A DNA stretch of 64,000 nt from Pelomyxa schiedti (taxonomy: Eukaryota; Protista; Evosea). The stretch covers positions 62,001 to 126,000 of the forward strand of contig JAHLWZ010000496.1 in NCBI GenBank assembly GCA_020536535.1, given 5' to 3'. This document shows, in pieces, positions 1 to 12,207 of this stretch. The notes beneath the pieces were generated by a model. That model was not told where the DNA came from, did no database searches, and worked only from the letters and a program-made list of their open reading frames with translations. A program made the translations under genes and the position numbers. The number at the start of each line of letters is the position of its first letter. Positions within the stretch are counted from its first letter, which is position 1.

Positions 1-47
1 TGATTCCGAGGAAAAAGCGAGACAAGTGTCAAGGAGATCAGAAGAGG

Positions 48-1286
48 ATGCCCTACACTGAGTGTGTGCTAGCGATCCCTAGTGACGGTGTAATCCCACA
101 ATTCGTTGTGCCTCCCATATTCGCTCGGGACCAGCTCGCTGCCCTCGCGACGGCCTACATCCGCCGGTGCGGATGCGGGTCCCCACTCCAAGTCCTCGGC
201 CCCAGCCTCTCGATGGTCCTGAGGCTCCTCTGGGATCTCGTCCGCGAAACCCAGAAGATTTTCATCTCAGGCGCCAACGGTGAGATCCGCGGAATTGGTG
301 GGTCCGATCAATACACGTATTCCTTCGGCGTGTCGCCTCTGCTTCTTGGAATAACGAGGCCACCGCGGAGCCAAAACACCTCGCATTTTCCCGACTCCGA
401 ATGTGTTCAGTGGCTTGACGAGACACGCCTTTTGGACTCTGGGTTCGGTCTGAGAAAAGTTGGAAGTGCCGAGGTGATTAGCGTGATCGACTGCGACTTG
501 GTGCACAGCCCTGCAACCAATTCCAGGTGGATTGCATACTGTGAAGCATTCCAAAATATGGGAGGGAGGGCCATGAAACTCGCAATCTCGAATCTTATGC
601 ACCCAGACCCGGAGGGGACAAAACTTTCTCTTTTGCTTCCTACTTGCCCTCCTGTCGGTGCAAGATTGGAAATGTCTTTCCCCAGGCTATTACAAAATGA
701 GCTTGTGATTGTCTATAGCAAGGACGAAGCGGGTCAGAGCTTCACATTTCTAGTGATTGATGTGGAGAAGACCTATACATCAAAATCCCTATGTATATTG
801 AGCGAGACAAACTGCCAGTTTCCTGAGAAACAACACATAAGGGCGACTGTGTTAATGACCAAGAAAAGTGGTGCCCGGTCATTCATTGTGCTGGGAATTT
901 ACATGCCCCCTTTCAGATTTAACCTCATTGAGGTGGAGGAGTTAAGTGGAAGAGTGAAAGATATTTCTCAATCTGATATGCAGGAGGTATCTCCAATATC
1001 TCTCTCGCAATTCTCTGTTTCCTATGCACAAGGCCCAAAGCTGTGTGATGTTTGGGACTGCAATGATACTACAAAGCCAGTCAAGATTTTTCTAGCTACT
1101 CCCGAGTCTAGTGATCATCCTGTGCGGATGCTTCGCAAGTCCCTAGCAGAGGATGGTTTCATTTTTACACTTGAGTTCAATGAACTCAAGGTGATTGAAG
1201 CCGCCTCTGGTTTTACTGTGATGCATTTGATTTACCCAGATAGAGACCTGACTGGCTTTGCCTATCCTGTTTGCGTCCATTCCTAG
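48..1286 (+). CDS. Intronless hypothetical protein (412 aa), member of an apparent lineage-expanded family
   Basis: Long uninterrupted ORF. Its N-terminal motif FARDQLAALATAYIRRCGCGSPLQVL matches LSAREQFVALAAGTLVARCGTNSSLRLL in the ORF at 29164-30285. Confidence 0.6.
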   Translation: MPYTECVLAIPSDGVIPQFVVPPIFARDQLAALATAYIRRCGCGSPLQVLGPSLSMVLRLLWDLVRETQKIFISGANGEIRGIGGSDQYTYSFGVSPLLLGITRPPRSQNTSHFPDSECVQWLDETRLLDSGFGLRKVGSAEVISVIDCDLVHSPATNSRWIAYCEAFQNMGGRAMKLAISNLMHPDPEGTKLSLLLPTCPPVGARLEMSFPRLLQNELVIVYSKDEAGQSFTFLVIDVEKTYTSKSLCILSETNCQFPEKQHIRATVLMTKKSGARSFIVLGIYMPPFRFNLIEVEELSGRVKDISQSDMQEVSPISLSQFSVSYAQGPKLCDVWDCNDTTKPVKIFLATPESSDHPVRMLRKSLAEDGFIFTLEFNELKVIEAASGFTVMHLIYPDRDLTGFAYPVCVHS

Positions 1287-1772
1287 AGACTGAAAAAGCA
1301 AAGAAAATTGAATTACATTTCACAACCTTATTCCCACCTCACACTCCCAAACCAAAGCAGCACCAACATTCAACCAACACACACAAAAAAAAAGATAGGT
1401 CAGACCTCCACACAAGCCATCCCCATTGATAGACCATTTGGTTGGCATCCAAAGGGCCCTGGGGAACGATCTTCACAAGTTCACGCTCTGACTTGTGGGA
1501 ATCAATGGCGGTCATCATCCCTATTTCACTTATGGACTCATGACTTGGATTCGGCACAATACTCCAGAAATGATCTTGAGAGTATGTCCAGAAGTTTTTG
1601 CTCTCGGATTCGCAATTTCTTTTTGAAATTTGGCTCATGCCACATTATGGGAATTTTTACGGAAGGAGATGCGCCCGAAACCGGTACCAGAAGTGCACCG
1701 GTACTGTCAAATTTCCCCCCGATCGAACCAGAAAATCGAATTGTTTACTCATGAATATTCAGGTGTTCCTTT

Positions 1773-4700
1773 TTATTTACGTTCTTCCACAAATTTCTGT
1801 GCAGCACCCAACAAAAGTGGGAGAGAAAGCAACAGTGGTTTCAGCACAGAGGCAATTGCCCTCTTGGCCTTTGCTGCAATCAGCACCCACTCATCCTGCC
1901 GTTCTTTGTGGCAGGATTCCAGCAGGCCGAGCATAATGGCGGAAGCCCAGACTTGTGCCCTCAGTGGTTCTGGTGTGATGGTGACCAGTTCCGCAGGAGT
2001 GTGTGATTGAATCACCTGGATTCCCAGAGAAAGCACTGCACTGACACTCGCTTCATCCCACCAGCCGTGTGCCTCCTGCAGACTCAGTATACTATCAAGC
2101 TGTATGTATGCATCATTGAGTTAGATACAGGAGAATGCAGGAGTACACACATCTGATTTGCTTGGGGGATTAATGGCTGTGGCGGGTGTAGGCGTGGTTG
2201 AAGTAGAGCTACTGGGTTGGTGCAAATCGTTACTGATACCTGTAGGTGGTATTGGTATTGTTATTGTTGCTTTTTCGGTGAGAAAAGTGTCTTCTAAAAC
2301 AGAAATTCTCTCTTGCTGTTCGCTGATTTTAGCATGCAGAGAATGAATTTCTTGTTGCTTTTCGCGAATGGCCTCTTCTTCTTTTTCACATAACTGGCTG
2401 AGGCACCATTCTTCTTTGTCCACAAGCAGGGCACTGTGCCTCACCGCATTACAATGTTCCCTCACAGAGTCTAATTGATCTTGCATTGCTTCTATGGTTT
2501 GGTTCAGGAGTTCAGTTTTATGTTTCACTTCTTCCGTGGGTTCCTGGGAATTGAAGTGTTGTAGAGCCGCCTTCTCATTTTGGAGTCCAGTTTCCAAACA
2601 GTGGCGCTCCTTTTCTAGCTGTACCATTTCTGCCTCGACTTGATGGAGTTGCATTCCCAAGCGACTACTACGTTCCTTATGTTCCTCCCATTCTTGTGCG
2701 GCCACCTCAAGTTCTTGATGCTTCAAAGGTAGACTTGCTTGAAGGGCCGCAGTCTTTGCGATCATTTCTCGACGCTGCCGCTCAACTCTTGCTGCGATTT
2801 GGCTACTTGTATCTGTGTAAACTTCAACCTTTTCCATCGCAGAAGAAACAATTGTCCTTATTATGTTAGATTGATTTTGAAAAGAAGGGGAAACCTCTTT
2901 TCCACTGCCACGAATGCTGTATATGGGCATAAAACATTCCATTTCAAGGATATTTCTGTCAGAATAGGTTTCAGCTTAGGGTCGTCGCGGGAACCCGCTC
3001 CAAGCTCCCTGCAGGATTCTTAACAATTTTCGCTCAGTAGAATTGATAGATACTTGATAAGATGACTAGCTGCAAGTCTGTGAATGGAAAGGTTTTTTGA
3101 AGAGCCACCTTGTGGAAATCAGATTGGTACTTCACCATTCATTTACCAATTTCACAGGCAATAGCATACTCGTGCACGTTTCCATCTGGACCAATTCCTT
3201 GAAGCAAGATAGGAACCTCCCCAGATGGTGGTAAATTACAACCCTCCAATAAAGCGTAAATGGTAAGTCTTCGTCCACAGAAAGCTGGTCTATAAAGAAT
3301 TAGATTAGATTTTTACCAACATCATGAACAACCTTATTCTTTGAGGAGTCTGCTGAGCAACACCTGGCCACTTGATAGTAATTTGTCTCAGAGGAGGTTC
3401 AAGGGCCTGCTTTAACTGTCGTATCACCTTACTTGCTTTTAGAAATTAACCATGAAATTTGAGTGAACTTTTTGCCTCAGTTCAATGGGGGATCCCAGTA
3501 ATTTTACATATTCTACTGTCCCATTCCCTGCTTCGGCAAGGGACCTCACTAGGTTGAGATCCACGGTTTCACCAATCCCAATAGTAAAAACTTTTAGACT
3601 GTTAAATCTTCACACTTATCACGACGTGGAAGATACCCTGTATCCGATGTGAGTGCTGCTGTGCAAGAGCTATAACTTGATTGCGGTGTGAGACGTCACC
3701 ATCAGTGAGAACAAACACTTGCCGATGGTACTCCTCATCAAATTCTTCTTCGAAGATGTGCTGGAGTGGAGGAAGCAATTCTAAGTGTGAATATATAATT
3801 CTGTGAGATACGAAACGAGCACTAAGAGAGACCTGTCCACTCGAGGTCAGCCTCCATGGAATTTACATGTGCTATTGCCACCTCAAGCGTTTCTCTAGAA
3901 TAGGACACACTTTTGGGAAAGAGCTTTTCATAGGAACTCCCAAATCCTACAACTAAGCAGGTTTAATAAAATTATGTAAAGGTATAAAATCTGACTATTA
4001 AACTTGGACTTGAATGGAAGACTTCGGAGAAACAGTTCCATAGTTTTTCCTACAGTGCGAATAGAGGAAGTCATTGAACCAGACCTACAGTGATTTCCAG
4101 GAGCCAAAGATAATGTGGAAAACCAACCTGTCAACAACAAAAATAACATCACAGGCTAGCTGGGTGGCGTCAGGATCCAAATGCTGCCAAGTTGGTACAA
4201 ATGTAACCAAGGCGGCAGGGGCACCATTTTCTGATTGTTCGATTCTGCCATAGCATTTGTTAGCCTGCTCGTGAAGTATTATGCATTCAAAGTGCTTTAT
4301 CCCAAGGCCTATTTGCTTCCTTGATGGTTGGAGAGGCTAGGAGAAAAGTACTTTTCAATTCGAAGTGAAACTCGCTAGAGCTTGAGCTCTGTTTATGATG
4401 AACTATTTGTAAAACAGATTTAGGGAATACATGCTCAAGTGCTTGATGGGATAACGCAAGAATATTCGTCACAGGAAAGCAAGAGTCAACATGTACATCA
4501 ATCGAGAATGATGCAGGTGAGGGGCAAACATGATTTGGGATAGATAGCACCAAATCCATTCCATTGTCCAAAAGTTCCGTCACATATTGTATAATAACTG
4601 ATGCATTTATTAGGAGGGGTAAATAAAAATCTAAGAGGACGTTTTGCTTGTGCCCTGGCAGGTAAATTTCCCAGACACACTCTTATAAGGTTGGATTCCG

Positions 4701-5558
4701 TCACTTCAATAAGATAGGCACCATGTCCAGATGCCTTGAAGTCATTTTAGTAAGAGGCAATAGATCACCAGAGAATTACAATGGAATCATCATATTTGTT
4801 GATTGCATGCTCTTTTTCTCTCAGCTGAGAGTAATGTAAATGAATAGTGACAATAAGAAAAAAAAAAAAAGGAAACCTCTGTCGCTATACACTTATTGTC
4901 AATCTCTACCTCCACATTAAATATTGCCATGTCGTTATAAAAAGGAAAAGAGTAGCTTGTGCATGAGAAAAATTAATTGGCAATTTGTGAGTAGAAAATT
5001 CTACTCACATGGCCTCAACAGCAGAATCACTTTGATTTTGCCATATTTGTTCTACAGTTACCTTAACTTTTTAAATATTTTCTCTTTCTTCTTTCACCCA
5101 ACAACCACCAAAACATGAATGTTCACCTTCCCCCCAGTCCCAAACAACAACAACAAAAAAAGGAAAACCCAACAAGCCAGCCACCTACCACAGTCACACA
5201 ACACACACACAACACACACACACACACACACACACACAACACACACAACACACACAACACACACAACACACACAACACACACAACACACACAACACACAC
5301 AACACCTACCTCAGCACAAGTGTCCTTCACGCGAGCGACTACGTGGGCGGACACAGGGAAGCACAGGGCCATGACAGACACGCCGGGCCAGGGGCAGGAG
5401 GGCCCCCACCCCCTCGCCTCCCTCCGCCACCACTCCTGCCGCTCCGCGTCCTCCACCCGCTCCCTCTCCCTCGCTAGCTCCCTCTCCCCCGTTCCCACCC
5501 CGCCTGTCTCGGTGGCTGTGGCTGTGTCCCTTCCTCCAACCGCTGCTGTGTCTGCCAT
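1773..5558 (-). CDS. VWA5A: VIT + vWA domain protein (VWA5A / inter-alpha-trypsin-inhibitor-like), multi-exon, with a coiled-coil insert
   Basis: Exon 1 is MADTAAV...VARVKDTCAE. VIT motifs: VTVEQIWQNQSDSAVEA, EKEHAINKYDDSI, GHGAYLIEV..IRVCLGNLP. vWA motifs: RSGSM, LFLRSLP..FN, FVLTDGDV, FTIGIG. C-terminal motif: VWASAIMLGLLE...EWVLIAAKA. Confidence 0.85.
5200..5303. repeat. Compound microsatellite, (CA)n followed by about 8 copies of ACACACAAC, inside intron 1 of the VIT-vWA gene
   Basis: Directly visible tandem repeat next to the GCTGAG|GTAGG donor (minus strand, about 5310). Confidence 0.9.
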
Positions 5559-5697
5559 TTTTGGTGTTTGGGTTGTTAGGGGAATTAAATTAAAAGTCTG
5601 TGTGAGTGGGTAGAGGCGTTTGTGAGGTTTTTTTTTTGTGGCACTACACTGACAGGGACAAAGTAAGGGGGTTGGCCCCACCCAAATATTCTCCCAA

Positions 5698-6984
5698 TCA
5701 ACCCAAATCGGCACCAGCCACAGCACATGTAGAAGGAGGGAGGGGAGGAGGGGGCCTGAGTGGCTTTTGCCCAGTGACCATGAGCATACACACACAGTGA
5801 CCAATCTCGGAAAAGCCAAGTTGCGTGAGAGTCTGCGAAACAAATGGCTGTGCCAGGCTGTGAATCCATATCTTGTTGTTGATGAGCACATGATGCGAAG
5901 AAATAGTTCGGGAAACAGTACATCACAATGTGCAGTTTGGTGTGGGGGTGTGTCTTCAGCCATAGCTACAAGAAGCGCCCCCAATGAGACCTTATCTTCA
6001 GAAAATACAGGCCCAAACCTGAGGCCGTCTGTGGAATACCTTGCTACACCACATGCTTTTGGAGAAGCACCTGGCTCTAAAGACGGAAGGAGCCATCCAA
6101 AACTGAATTCCCCATCTCCTTTGTAACAAAACACCTACAGTTGCTGTGGAAGAGGAGGGAATCACCGCCAGGAGGGGAACCTTGGATCTTTGGGCTCCAA
6201 ACACTGCGGCATCAGCTTTAATCATGTCAATCATTTCCGATGGTGCCATTCTTATCACTCTTCTTGATAGTTCAACGGCCTCAGAGGAAGCTGATATGGG
6301 AACTTTCCTGTTGTAACTTTTAAGTGCTAAGGAGTACATAGAGTTCGAACTTAATAGTGGTGCACACGAAAACACGGATCGTTACACCAGTGTCTTCAAA
6401 ACCAATTCTCTTATAAAGTGGAACAGCCAAATTGGCAGCACAAAGCTTAACTTCCATAACACCTCTCGCCTGTAGTGCACTTATAGCCTTTCTAACTAGA
6501 GTCTCCCCCAGACCTATGTTGTTAAGAAAACATACATTTCAGGGAGGATTCAGTCAGACAAAAAGGGGGTGGGGGGAGAAAAGTGTACCCTTATTCCTAA
6601 ATAGTGGTTTCACAATAACATTTGCAATGGCAGCAACATAACCATCATCAGATACAGCAAAATTTATTGAGCCCACAACAACATCCCCCTCCAAAGTGGC
6701 AGCCACAAATCCACCCTTTACGTTTTAGCGCCCAAACACCACGAACTTAGTTATGGGTGCAAAAAAAAAACCTCCGGCCAATTTCTGAAGAGCAAGTTGT
6801 AGTGTCCAGAAGTGTTTTGGTTGCTCCAATTGACGTCACGCAACATCGACACACAAGCATCCACGTCAGTTTCCCTCATGGGTCTCACAACTACACTGGT
6901 CCCACAATCGCGCAGGCCTCGCACCCCATCATCTTCCCTGATCGCTGGCGTAGTTTCGTGCCCTATGGCGCCTGAGCAATACAT
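5698..6984 (-). CDS. Tandem GNAT N-acetyltransferase (YitH/HolE-like second GNAT domain), multi-exon
   Basis: VRPMRETDVDAC; spliced acetyl-CoA motif NVIVKPLFRNKG|LGETLVRKAI; LYKRIGFE. Second domain: GLRFGPVFSEDKVSLGALL...LTQLGFSEIGHCVCML...AVAGADLG*. Confidence 0.8.
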
Positions 6985-7352
6985 TGAGAACCCAAACGTC
7001 GTGCGCGAATGCGCGGCGCTGGAAGTGTTGAGCTTTTCTAAGCTAATTGCAGTTGCCTCTGGGAGTTTGATGCACTTCGTTTTCCGAGAAGCCTAAATTC
7101 AAGAGAAAACAAAAGACCTCGAAGGTATTTCGATATCTTCGATTTTTTCTTTAATTAAACACTTTTTCCCCCCTTCTCGCTCTTATTCCTTTTTTTGGTC
7201 CAATACACCAACGTTGCTCCGGATAAACGCCCCAACACTGTAAGACACCCAAACACGACAGATCGCGACACACAAACTGCGGCTCTCTCATATAAACTAA
7301 ACGCTACTTCCATGAGAAACAAACAATACCTAATACAAAACTCAATATTAGG

Positions 7353-9759
7353 ATGGGAATAAAACACTATTCAGCGTTGGCCTTAGTTGTGGCCATTGCA
7401 GTGTTGATTTTGCTGCCCGGCACGAGGGCCGAGGTGTCAGAGCCATTCACACCTGGCGGTTGTGTCAACGAGTACACCAGGGAATTTACTTTCGACGTAC
7501 CCAGCACATTCTACGTATTGTACACTGAAATTGAACTGCAAGCACCGCACTACGAAGGTGGCGAGGAGCAACCAGAGCTCGTCCTCTCTTTGGAGAGAAG
7601 AACCCCACTTGAGGGCGAAGAGGAAGAAGTAACGGAAAAGGTCCGCTTGCGTAAGGTTCGTCGTATTCCTAACCGCAATGTATTTCCTTATTAAGTCATT
7701 CTTCTACCGCCTACAGCTCTCTGACAGTCTGAGCTCCGGTTCGACCAACAACCACGCATCTCAAAGTGAAGCTTCTTCCAGCAGTCATCCTATGCCCCCA
7801 GCCGATACCAAAGGCGAGTGGGTCGTAGCTGACGACTCCATGGAGTGTGTTGTTGCTGCAAAGCGTTTTTCGTGCATCAAGAACTTTGATGCAGATAAGT
7901 GGAATCACACAAAGCAAGACATGTACCGTTTCTCCGTCTATGCCCACGGGAACTCGACTGCTCCTGTGTGCTTAATCTTTGAGACCATTCCCCTGGGGAA
8001 AATTGGTCAATATCAGGCTTACTTTGCCGGAGTTATCTTTATCGTCGTCTTCACCATCCTTGCTTTCGAAGTTATCTCACGAGCTATAGTGACAATGCTT
8101 GGTGATGTTGTGTTGTTTGGACTTTTGTGGGCCTTCCAAGCACAACCAACACTTGAGTCAGTTATGTCCTGGCTGGACTGGAGGACAATGGTCCTGCTTA
8201 CTTCAATGATGATTGCAGTCGCAATATTTGCTGAAACCGGATTTTTTGAGTTCGCTGCATGGCAGGTTTTGAAGTTCAGTAAGAAGTACTGGGCTAGAGT
8301 TCCCATTGTCAACCGGAAATGGAGAATTCTGATAATCATGGGGTTCATGACAGCAGCAGCCAGTGCTTTTCTTGACAACTGTACAACTGTATTACTTTTT
8401 GCCCCAGTGACAGTTCGTATGGCAAGGCTACTTGAAAGCGACCCTCTTCCAATGCTGGTATCTATGATTTACTTTTGTACGCTGGGTGGTGCAATGACTT
8501 ACGTGGGGGACCCTCCAAACTTGATCATTGGTGGGCAATTCGAGCTCGGCTTCAATGATTTCATCATTAACTGCTCGCCTCCCATCGTCTACCTTTTCCC
8601 GTTTGCTATCCTTTACATTTATCTACTCTTCCGAAAACGCATGAGATTGGTTGTAAAGCCTGGTGAGGTGGTGGAGGAAAAAGTGTCTACTACATCCTCT
8701 GGCCATGTAAGACTCACCTCAAAGGCTGAAGACGAGGAAGCGTATGCTTTCCCTTATCATCTTTCTCTTGTCCTAACAACCTTTTTAGAGCTGAGGAGCA
8801 ACCACTCCCAGGCGACACAGCAGGGGAGCCAGGCTCCACGTATGCGTTTTTTTCCTTTTGGACTTGGCTCTAATTTTCTGAAGTGAAATTCCGTTGTCGG
8901 TTGCTGGAACGTCGGAGGTCCCACCAAAAGTACCAGAAATTCCACTCGAACCCGAAGTTGATCCCGAGGAAGAGAAAAGACGCAAAGAGGCAGAAATGGA
9001 TGAAGGTTGTCTTATTCGCCTCTCCTTGATCTAACGTTTTCGCAGAATACCGCATCCGTGATAAGAAGTCATTCTGGAAATGTGTTGTAATGCTAAGTCT
9101 CATGCTTGTTTTCTTCTTGTTGGAGAGTGTTACACTGGTTTCCACCACCTGGGTTGCTGTTGTCGGTTCCGGAATTTTACTGTTGATTACCACTCCACGC
9201 CAAATCGCACCAATCTTGGAGAAGGTCGAGTGGCCCACTCTGTTCTTCTTTGCCTATCTTTTCGTCTTCGTCAAACTGATTGAAAAGCTTGGTGTCATTC
9301 TTCTGATAAGTGAATTAACTATTCAACTCATTGAAGGTTTGGTGAAGTTGTGCCAGCAGTTTAATTAACATCTCTGCAGCATTCCCAGTTGATATGAGAC
9401 TCCCAATCGCCATGATGATCATTCTATGGATGAGCGCTCTTCTCGCTTGCTGGTGCAACAACATTGCCTTTACGGCTTCTATCATCCCACTTATCTACTA
9501 CATTGCCAACAAGCCAGGGCTTGGTGTGCCCTTGAGACCTCTTGCCTGGACTCTGGCCCTTGGTGTAGCCATGAGCGCCAACGCCACGCTGATTGCCGCA
9601 GCACCTAACCTGATTGTGGCCCAAATCGCCGGAAGAGCTGGCTACAAAATTTCCTTCCTGCGGTTCTTGGCCTGGGGATTCCCCTTCATGCTCCTCACCA
9701 CTTCTTTGATTGCTGGGTACTTGCTCTGCGTGTATTGGTGGTGGGGCTTTTCCGGCTAA
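7353..9759 (+). CDS. OCA2: OCA2/P-protein-like ArsB/NhaD (ion transporter superfamily) permease with N-terminal signal peptide and luminal domain
   Basis: Motifs SAFLDNCTTVLLF, GGAMTYVGDPPNLII, LEKVEWPTLFFF, WCNNIAFTASIIP and NATLIAAAPNLIV, with many TM helices. Introns splice in frame. Confidence 0.88.
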
Positions 9760-9907
9760 CCTCCGGAATAACTCACTTTCCTTTACTCACAAAAAAACCA
9801 CATGAGGCCTTCTTGTATGGACAAGTTTTCCATAAAAACTTAACCCAAAGAAAAAAAAATCATTTTTTCCTTGTATCCCTTTTTTTTTCCCTTCCGTGTG
9901 CTATCCT

Positions 9908-11900
9908 TTAGCCCCACACACTTGCGTAACACCCACAGAACCCAATCTAAAATTGCACCCCCATTAGTGAAAAAGGAAACTGGAAAACAAGTGGCTACTT
10001 GAAGTGGACCTCCACCAACAAACAACTGTGGTCGTGTAAGTCAGAGACAGGGATTGGGTGGGTACCTTTGTGTCAGAGGGATCGTACTCTAGTACCATTG
10101 CAGCTTGAGGTACATCGTTTATTGGGTGATGTAGGAGGGCCAAATCAGAGGGTATCTGAACTTAGGGTTACAAATGAAGAGACGACGTTAATGTTTACTA
10201 TTTGACTGCGGGAGCACTGATATGAATGCAACTGTGTGGGATTCTTACCAATCAATTAGAAAAGGGATGAACAAAGTGAATACCAGAAATCTCAGATCGT
10301 AGAACCCAACAAGACCACCACCAGTGCCGGTCGTGAGGATGCCGTAGTGAAATGCCGCACTACGTATCCCTTGTGTGATGAGTGAGAGAAAAGGAATAAC
10401 AGAGAGTACCCCAATTTGAATCCTGTACTCTGATCTTCGAAATTACGGGTGTTGATACTCTTGGATCCATCAAGATGGTTCCACTTCCTGCTTAGTACAT
10501 GAGGTAATAGTAGAGAATATGAATAAGACCTGAACCTACAGCAATCTGCACATAAATGAGATATGATAAGGAAGGTTGTAAGTGGAAGTACTAGAGAAGA
10601 AGTTTTGTCCACCGCACAACACACTAGATCGGATGTATCCGTTAGTGAAATCGTCCTTATCTTAATTCTGAAATTAAAACAAAAATCATGAGCCAGATTC
10701 ATACCACATTCATGGAGAGGGAGTCCCACACTTTGCACGATAAGTCGGAGGAAACTGTAAAAAATTTAGACTGGACCCTGTCTATCTCCAGGCATCTAGG
10801 TAACTGAGATGTGTGTCTATGGAAACAAATAATAACCTGACTTTATCATTGTGTTCGGCTTTGGTAGTTACGGGATTGATAGTACGGAGAGGGAGATCCC
10901 AGGAATTTCGAAGTTTCCACAACTTCACCGTACAATCTCGTGATGCTGGGACAATTAACAAATCATCTTTTTCACTGTTTCTACCAGAAATGATAGTATC
11001 GAAATCAAGGAACTGGAAGGCAAATACCCAGTCTCGATGACCCTGCAGCCATAAGTAGTTGTGCGCAAAAATATTAAGTGCAACCTGTAGAACTGCTATT
11101 GGCTTAAATGATGTGACATCCAGCAGAGCAATGTCACATACATTATCTCCGCCAGTGGCGACCATCGTTTCATAGGGATCTACAACAGGGTGAGGAGCCT
11201 CACAAAACATCCATTCATACCGACAGCTATGTAATGTATTCCACAGGTATCCGTAGTTTGTGCAAGAGGAGGAACAATAGGAAGTTGAACATCAGTAACA
11301 ATGCCTTAGTTTCGTTAGGGAATTTAGGAAAGTAATGCACACCTGTCACTGCATCCCAAAGAGCCAACTGCAATACTTGAGGGGAGCGAGAGATAATAGA
11401 CTAGGATCGAAAACATACTTTATTATCTTTGGTTCCGAACAAAATGGTTTTGCAAGAAAGCCACCTACGGGAACAGCGTGAAAACAAGATGAATACACGC
11501 ACCCCTACCTGGCTGCAAAGATTTTATCAAAACGAGTTAGAGTGTGAAACTTGTATCTTTCTGGCTGTAGAAACGTAGGTGTTTTCCTTCCTAACCACCC
11601 ATGAAGATTGCCACCGAGAGAGGGTTTCCTTCTAGCTATTACCCAAAGAGGAAAAAAAAACCAAAACTAACCTTTTGCACGTTTGAAAATCAATGAGAGT
11701 GTTGTGTATCATCCAATCTGGTACAAAAGGAGATCGTTGGAGTACTTAGTGTGGAACGCACTAATGGATGCACGAGGGAAAAGGGAAGCAACGGACGGAT
11801 CTCCACCAAAGAGGACAAAAAAGAAAAAATGAAGTGGGAGTGTGTCATAGACACACTATGGCATTAACTGACACCAGTTCCCTGGCACACAAATTTCCTC
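9908..11900 (-). CDS. DCAF12: WD40 protein, DCAF12/WDR40-like CUL4-DDB1 substrate receptor (5' end uncertain)
   Basis: FDKIFAAR, FGTKDNK, MVATGGDN, GHRDWVF...ISG-SRDCTVKLW, and C-terminal LFVGGGPL...IGFCGCYASVWG*. These match the recalled DCAF12 pattern KVFASQW/CGTKCN/LATGGDN/GHKDWIF/LFVAGGPL..GNYAGLWS. Confidence 0.85.
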
Positions 11901-12207
11901 GAAAGTCTTCCCAAACCAACTTGTCTTCAGAGTGGTGTCTGTGCCGGACACTGAGTACTTTGTGGGACACTCCTCCGGCCTCGAGGGAAGCAACCGAGGA
12001 TACTCTGAGATCTGAGGTGACACCAAAAATACCTTCCAGTATTTCGCAGTTGAGTTTAAGACCTAAGTGTCAAGGACGAAGAAAAAAAATGCCGGCCCTT
12101 TACTTTTTATTTTTTTCCCCCCGTTCGTTCGCAATTCATCGACAGCAAGCAAGCGCACGTAATAGCGTGTTGCGCGCGAGATCCCGCAGAGAACAGAAAG
12201 AAATAAG

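Noticed and set aside
1308-2010. Overlapping short ORFs between the first gene and the VIT-vWA stop, with a direct ACCGGTAC pair near 1680-1705
   Set aside because: No recognisable motifs, alternative start codons, and partly antisense to a real exon. Too weak to call.
5115-5613. His/Thr/Asn-repeat plus-strand ORFs
   Set aside because: Translations of the CA microsatellite, antisense to the VIT-vWA gene.
5094-6134. 346-aa minus-strand ORF with VVCVVC repeats
   Set aside because: Chance read-through that links a GNAT exon, intergenic DNA, VIT-vWA exon 1 and the microsatellite intron. Not one protein.
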